DNA of 64,000 nucleotides from positions 20,026,001 through 20,090,000 of the forward strand of contig NC_087454.1 of the NCBI RefSeq assembly GCF_036321535.1. Reading direction: 5' to 3'. The stretch's first letter is position 1, and each line of letters begins with the position of its first letter. This document shows, piece after piece, positions 57,076 to 64,000 of this stretch. This DNA comes from Camelus dromedarius (Eukaryota). Below the pieces are notes generated by a model. It ran no database searches. It was not told where the DNA came from and saw nothing but the letters and a program-made list of their open reading frames with translations. A program made the position numbers and the translations under genes.

Positions 57076-58312
57076 TTTATTGTCTGTCTTCCCCAGTTAG
57101 ACTGTCTATGAGGACAAGGGTTTACATTCATTTGGTTCACTGGGTGGAGAAGTACAACTGGTATCATAGTAAGTACTCAATAAATATTTGTTGAATGAAT
57201 GTATGAATAAAAAAGTGAACTCCTCCCACTAGGCACTGAGACCACTGGACCATCCAGCTGCAGGGTTGCAGCTTTCTCTTCAGGGAGGAGGCAGCTGCAA
57301 TAAAGAGAAGTCAAGAGGTCAGAGTCCACTCCAGCATCTCCCCCAACCTGCATGGGTCAGGGAGAGGGCAGTGAGAAGTAAAACCTCGCAGCTGCAGAAG
57401 GGGAAATAGCTTGTGGGAGGAGAGGAGAAGGAAAGGTGTGTCCATCTGGGGCAGAGTGGCTGGAGTTCATAGAAGGGAGTTTAGACAAAAGTGTCTCAGT
57501 GAGGGGGATGCTCCGTCTTTGCCTCCCCTAGAAGCCATTAGCCAAAACGAGCAGCAAAGGGGATAAAGGTGTCCCTTGGGTCTACCAATCCGGTCTCTCT
57601 CAGTATCATGTTGCTCCAAAGAATCTACTTAAATTCTTGAATTCCTGAGCAATGTTGATTTTACTGAAAATTTCCAAGGAGATAAGAGGATTACACTGCA
57701 CATCCAGAAACAAATTAAGGTTCCTTTGTTAGTTCCGTATTTCTAAGTGCCTCTCTGGAGCTGCCAGGCTAGAAGAGAAGTTTCTCTTCCTTTCCAGACC
57801 CTGCACCCCATCTCACCACCCTCCCAAATCTGTCAGCGGACTTCAGGTTCTCCTGCCATTCACAGAGCAGAAAACCTCAGTCAGCCTTTCCTCCGCTCCC
57901 TATCCAAACCTGCGTGCCCAGACTTGTGAAACCCGAGACTTAGAGTTACCTGAACGTCCAGACCTGTTCAAAGACCGTTTGTTCCTGAGAATAAATGTCC
58001 CTGGGGACTTACCGACCTTCCCCCACACCTCTGGTGGCTTCTCAAAATATTTCTTTCATGCACACACTGGGCTCCCCTTAAGAGGAATTTAGGAGAATGT
58101 TATTTTCTCATCTCTTTTCTACACCCAGCTCCTCCTTCTTCCTGGGTGCTAGTGTCAGCAGAAACTGATGGGGAAGTGAGGCCTGGGACCTGAGGGGAAA
58201 GAGGAAGTTTGGGAGGGAGGCTTCCAGGAAGCTGGTGGGAGAGCCGACAGACAGAGAGAGGCAGCCAGTTTGGTCTGTTTCCACCAACATCTCCACCAGC
58301 ATCTGCTGAGCA

Positions 58313-59824
58313 ATGAGCCAAATCAGGGATTTACAGGGTAGGGAAGGTGGCATAAGGCAGGATCCTAAAATGGGAGAAAGGAGCTCGACAGTCCTGGGCT
58401 GGGGGCTAGGAGAAGATGACGGGGTGGGGGTAGGGATGAGGATACATTAACCTTGGTGCCCCTTTAGGAGGAAAAGCCTTTGGACTGCTGAAGGCCCAGC
58501 AGGAAGAGAGACTCAATGAAATCAACAAGGTAAAAGGAAGAACTAAGGGGCAGGGTGTGGGGGGGGAGGTGGACCCAGAGGGCCAACCCAGGATCTTGCT
58601 TTCCCCCACAGCAATTCCTGGATGATCCCAAATTTAGCAGTGACGAGGACCTGCCTTCCAAGCTGGAAGCCTTCAAGAGTAAGGGGGAGACTGTAGGGGT
58701 GGAGAAGGGGTGAGGAGGATAGGATTTCCCTAAGAACAGAGAAGAGACAGAAGAAACAGTGGACTTTTGTGGTGGGAAGATGGGAGGGTGCCTCTATTGC
58801 CACCCTAGTTACAGTCTGTTCCCCTGTCCTGCCCCTCAGCACCCCCTCTAGTTCCCTACACCTTACTAGGGCCTCTCAACTCCCCAACCCCCACTTCTTC
58901 CCCCTGCCCCACCTCCTCCTCACCTTCTCCCTAACCTAGTAACCCCTTCTCAATCCCTGCTCTGCCCTTGCCTGTGACCCTCCAGTCAGTGCTATCCTCT
59001 TTGCTTTCTCCTCTCACCCAGAGAAATACATGGAGTTTGACCTGAATGGAAATGGAGATATCGGTGAGAAAAGGGTGATTTGGGGGGAGTGTGCAGATCT
59101 AGGAAGAGGGAGGTCTTTCCTACAGTGCTCCATTCCCAATGGTTTGGGAGAGAGCCCAGCTCCCAGGATAGGAGGAAGGGGAGTGGGAATATGGAAGTGG
59201 GCGGGGGTAGAGAGAGAGAGGGTCCTCCTCTCTTCACCTCCATCATCTGCCTCCAGATATCATGTCCCTGAAGCAAATGCTGGAGAAACTTGGGGTCCCC
59301 AAGACCCACCTGGAGCTAAAGAAATTAATCCGGGAGGTATCCAGTGGCTCTGGGGAGACTTTCAGCTACTCTGACTTTCTCAAGATGATGTTGGGCAAGA
59401 GATCTGCCATCCTAAAAATGTAAGGGTCCAGTTCCAACCTCCTGTATACTTACCTGTTTTTTCTCCACCCCTACCTCTGTCCCCAGGCTCAACTTCTATA
59501 CTACTCAGCATCTATTTTTTCCATCTTTTGAGAGACCCTTCCAAAATCCTATCCCCCTCCATGGTTCTGGTCCCCACAGCCCCCAGCACTCCCACTCCTG
59601 CTCTTCCTCTTTCTCCTCCTACCCCCACAACCCTTATCCTTTTATGGAATTTCCAGCAGCCTAAGATCTATTCTCTTGAGAGGACTGTCCGACTGTCCGA
59701 CTGTCCCCTGATCCCCAAGTCTCTTCCTATCTCAACCAGGATCCTTATGTATGAAGAGAAGGCGAGAGAACAGGAGAAGCCAACGGGTCCCCCAGCCAAG
59801 AAAGCTATCTCCGAGTTGCCCTGA
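58313..59824 (+). CDS. AIF1: Allograft inflammatory factor 1 (Iba1), 147 aa EF-hand protein
   Basis: Exons 58313-58337, 58468-58529, 58612-58678, 59022-59063, 59257-59419 and 59740-59824 (444 nt); [20 protein letters not shown]…[14 protein letters not shown] at 59921-59926. Confidence 0.97.
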
Positions 59825-60989
59825 TTTGTGGTGGGGAGATGTGGTAGGATTGAAGGGGCTTCTAGTGACCCCAGCATAGAAAAGAAAGACAAAACTGTGA
59901 GCCAGAGTCAAATTAATTTAAATAAATTATCCTTGTTCAGATCAACTCAGCTTGGTCTTTGTTTTGGAGGGATGTTTTTTCCTGGGTTTGGGAAGGATAA
60001 AGCATCTTTGATGCAAAGATAACAAGGATTTCCCAAATGACCAATCCATTAACAATTTTGTAGTATGTCTACCACAGCAGATGGTTTTGTACACCAAGGA
60101 GGATTCCAGGTGTATAAGATAGCCTTGAACTCAAGGAATTTAAGTGGGATGAAACGACATGTACAGACAAAAAGTATTATTGCTCAAGCCAGTGATGAAA
60201 GGCAAGGATACCTTGAATCAACATTCTCTATCACTATGAGCTTCGTAACCTTAACAAATCACTCAGGATCTCTGAGTCTTTCATCTGAAAATGGAAATAA
60301 TATGATCTATCCTGCAGTGCCTGACATATCATAGGCTCTCAATAAGGTATAAACCTTGAATGAATGGATGGATGATGGATGAAATAACTGGTGTTATCAA
60401 ATTAAGTAAAGGATTAATGACCCTATAAAGCCGGATAATTTAAGTGAAAATGAGTTTTGAGGTCCTTCTGGGGACAGGCTACAAAAACTGAGTCTACCTA
60501 ATAAAAGGAAAAAGGGTTTGTATTAGGAAGAAACTAAGGGCAGATTCTGGGGATACAGCATCCACGGATGGTTGCAAGAGTTAAATAGCCAACTCCAGGG
60601 AAGGCAGGAGCCTGAGAGTTTCCAGACCTTCAGTGAGGCTATTCCTGGACCTTTCCTCCAGGGGGTCCAGATGTATTAACTCCAGCAACTTCCAGTCTCT
60701 GGCCACTACATCAGACTTTCTTACTCCTTGGAAAGCAAGAATCCAATTGGCCCAGCTTGTTTCATTTACTGAGGACAAATGGGCGCCCTAGGGCCACCCA
60801 TGTTGACCCACACCAATGGTAAAGCCAGGCTGGCATTCTAAAGAGTGCTACAGTAACTGTATAGGACTTCAAATGAAGAAGAAATCAATGCGGGTTGAAT
60901 AAACTCTCTGAATATAAAAAAATTAATAGCTAACCTTTATGGAGCACACACTATATACTGGATAGATGCTTTCCGTGTATTAATTCATT

Positions 60990-61360
60990 TAATTTTTGCA
61001 ACAACTCTGGCAACACCAAGGAGGATACAAAGGATCTGTGGCTTAAACAACTTGTTCATTCAGGATAAATAAATTGGGTTATATTTACACAACAGACTAT
61101 TATTATATAGTAATAAGAATGAACAAACTAAATGCAACAATTTCATTAATATAGTGTGGCACAGAAGAAGACAAACAAAAAAGAACACTTACTGTACAAT
61201 TTCACTCATATAAAGTACAAACACAAGGAAAACTAATAAATATTGTTAAAAGTCAGGATAGTAGTTAGCCTTGGGGGAGGGCAGTGACTAGAAAAGGCCT
61301 TGGGCAGCTTCTGTGGTGCTAGTTAAGGTTCTGTTTTTGTTTACATGTTCTGCTTAGTTC
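60990..61360 (+). mobile_element. Old L1M 3' fragment
   Basis: ataagaatgaacaaacta…tttcactcatataaagtacaaac…aaaagtcaggatagtagttagccttgggg. Confidence 0.6.
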
Positions 61361-61419
61361 ATGAAAAGTTATGAAATTCTTTGATACTTTGATAAAAAAG
61401 ATTTTTAAAATCATTTAAA

Positions 61420-62500
61420 AAATCATTATGTGTCATTCCCTCCAAGCACCATACAGGTGCTTGGGATATAAGAGTGAGCAAAACAAAGCTCCCTGCCTTT
61501 GTGAAGCTTACATTCCATTGTGGGAATTGGTGCGGGAAGAGAGACAGACAATAGAAGGTCAACAGAATTTACAATTTGTATGCTCTTTTAGAAGATGACA
61601 AATACTATGACAAAAAGAGAAAGTAGAGCAGGTTAAAGGGAATCGGGGGTGCCAGGATGTAAGGGAAGATTAAAATTTTGGAAGGGTAATCAGGATAGGC
61701 CTCATCCAGAAGGTGACCAACATTAAGCAAAAACTTCAAGGAGGTAAAAGAGTGAGCCATACAGGTTCCTGGGGGGAAGAGCCAACTGGGCAGAGAGAAA
61801 AGGAGCAGAAGAGCCCCAAGGTGAGACAGGCCTGTGCAGATGGGGAGAGTAATACAATCAGAAATATAACAGGGGGCCAAGTCATCAAGGGTCTTGAAGG
61901 CTGCTGTAAGGACGTTGGTTGGCTTTTACTCAGAGAGAAACAAAGAAGCACTGCAGGACTTTGAGCAAAGGAGTCCCCTGAAACCTCTTTTGAGAAAAGG
62001 CCCACTCTGACTGCAGTACAGAGAACAGACTTCAGGAGCAGGGGTAGACTCGGGAAGACCAAGTAGGAGGCTGTGGCTATAACCCAGGTGAGAGATAAGG
62101 ATGGTTCAGATCAAGGTGAAAGCAGTGGAAGTGGAGAGGTTGGACTCCAGATATTTTCTCAAGATAAGATTTCCTGTCTGACTGAAAGTGGTGAGGGAGA
62201 GAAAGAAGGGAGTCCATGAGGTTTCCAGGACTTTTGACTTAATTGGAATTTTTAAACTGTCATCAGCTGAGATGGTGAAGGCTGTGGCTAGAGAAGGTTT
62301 TGAAGGGCTGGAGATCAAATGTTCAGTTTTGGACACACTGAATTTGAAATGATCTGTTAGATACCCATGAGGAGATGTCAAGTACATAGCTGCATATTCA
62401 CGTCTGGAGTTTAGGAGAGAGGCCTCTGATGAAGATAAACATTTAGTTGTGATTAGCACATAAATGCTATTTCAAGCCATAAGACTGATGCCCTTGACAT
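61420..62500 (-). mobile_element. L2 LINE fragment
   Basis: ggcctcatccagaaggtgac…, gatgtcaagtacatagctg…tctggagtttaggagagagg are antisense L2 motifs. Confidence 0.65.
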
Positions 62501-62859
62501 ACCCAGTCTGGGTAGAAGGTGGGGATCAAGGCTTGACTGAAGTGAGTTTACAAAAGAATAAGAGATGGTGTGTATGGGTAGCTCTTCCAAAAAATTTTGC
62601 AGTAGTAGCTGATCAGGGAAAGGGGACAAGAGAAACGTTTTGAAAGTTTGAGAACTCAACCATCTCAAACATCTTAAAGAGCCCCAGGATAAAATTCTTA
62701 ACACATTCTTTTAAATTTTTTCCTCTAATGTCCACAATGGACAGGCAGTCCCTTAATTTAGCCACACCAGCCTAGGCATAAGTTCTAAACCCATGCCTCT
62801 GCTCATCAGTTCACTGGGCCTGAGATGTGTACCCTTTCTTCAAACTTGGCTAAACATAT

Positions 62860-64000
62860 ATTTTTTAGTTGAACTATAGTCAGTTTACAATGTTGTGTCA
62901 ATTTTTGGTGCACAGCATAATAGTTCAGTGATACATACACATACATTTCATATTCTTAATTTAGCTTTTTAAACTTACATAGTTATCAAAGGAATAAAGC
63001 CAATCACAAAATAAGAGTAACATGCAGTAATCCAATCATAAAGGACAGTCAAATGTGCTTACACATATTCAAGATATCAATCACTTAAGTTNNNNNNNNN
63101 NNNNNNNNNNNNNNNNNNNNNNNNNNNNNNNNNNNNNNNNNNNNNNNNNNNNNNNNNNNNNNNNNNNNNNNNNNNNNNNNNNNNNNNNNNNNNNNNNNNN
63201 NNNNNNNNNNNNNNNNNNNNNNNNNNNNNNNNNNNNNNNNNNNNNNNNNNNNNNNNNNNNNNNNNNNNNNNNNNNNNNNNNNNNNNNNNNNNNNNNNNNN
63301 NNNNNNNNNNNNNNNNNNNNNNNNNNNNNNNNNNNNNNNNNNNNNNNNNNNNNNNNNNNNNNNNNNNNNNNNNNNNNTTTCATTGTCTTGGCTATTGTAA
63401 ATAGTGCTGCTAAACTTGGCTAAATCTTAACTAGTTCTTCATATCAGTTAACCACAGTCACATTTTTCTAGAAGCATTTCTGAACCTGCCCAGGCATGAT
63501 CTGGTTTTTATTCCTTCACTTCTATAACATTCTGTGCATATCTCTGCTGCATCCAAAACACAGCTGTCGACAATGGGTCACTGAAGAAATCAAAGAGGAA
63601 ATATAAAAATAACTGGAGACAAATGAAAATGAAAACACAACACTCTAAAATCTATGGGATGCAGCAAAAGCACTTCTAAGAGGGAAGTTTACAGCGATAC
63701 AAGCCTACCTCAGGAAACAAGAAAAATCTCAAATAAACAAAATAACTTTACACCTAAAGGAATTNNNNNNNNNNNNNNNNNNNNNNNNNNNNNNNNNNNN
63801 NNNNNNNNNNNNNNNNNNNNNNNNNNNNNNNNNNNNNNNNNNNNNNNNNNNNNNNNNNNNNNNNNNNNNNNNNNNNNNNNNNNNNNNNNNNNNNNNNNNN
63901 NNNNNNNNNNNNNNNNNNNNNNNNNNNNNNNNNNNNNNNNNNNNNNNNNNNAGAGACAGTCCAAATCGATAAAATCAGAAATGAAAAAATGAGAAGTTAC
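62860..64000. mobile_element. L1 fragments: antisense 3'-end piece, then a sense ORF2 piece from ~63560; partly masked
   Basis: cattgtcttggctattgtaaatagtgctgc (antisense L1) and gaagaaatcaaagaggaaat…tatgggatgcagcaaaagca (sense ORF2, carrying stop codons). Confidence 0.75.

Overview
Mammalian MHC class III 'TNF/lymphotoxin' block, almost certainly from a camelid. The TNF protein (…[20 protein letters not shown]…) is of the camel/llama type, and the young tRNA-derived SINEs are of the camelid type; both calls rest on recognition, not a search. Gene order is the conserved one: DDX39B(-, last exon outside the window; hosts SNORD117 and SNORD84) - ATP6V1G2(-) - NFKBIL1(+) - LTA(+) - TNF(+) - LTB(-) - LST1(+) - NCR3(-) - AIF1(+). 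Exon boundaries were read from splice signals and give the expected exon sizes. All genes look intact where visible except NCR3 (NKp30), which is a unitary pseudogene with three independent lesions: R99*, an exon-2 donor GT>AT change, and Q163*. LST1 has a GAG>TAG stop that trims its last 5 residues right after the second ITIM, and its upstream exon-5 acceptor is now out of frame. LTA has a 5-codon deletion at the mature N-terminus. Nine N-runs are present: six sit on conserved coding exons and three in L1. At least two are exactly length-preserving, so they look like masks rather than real gaps. I found no evidence of a wholly new gene system; the notable signals are lineage-specific gene loss or trimming and candidate regulatory or splicing elements. 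Comparisons with human sequences are from memory and need verification.
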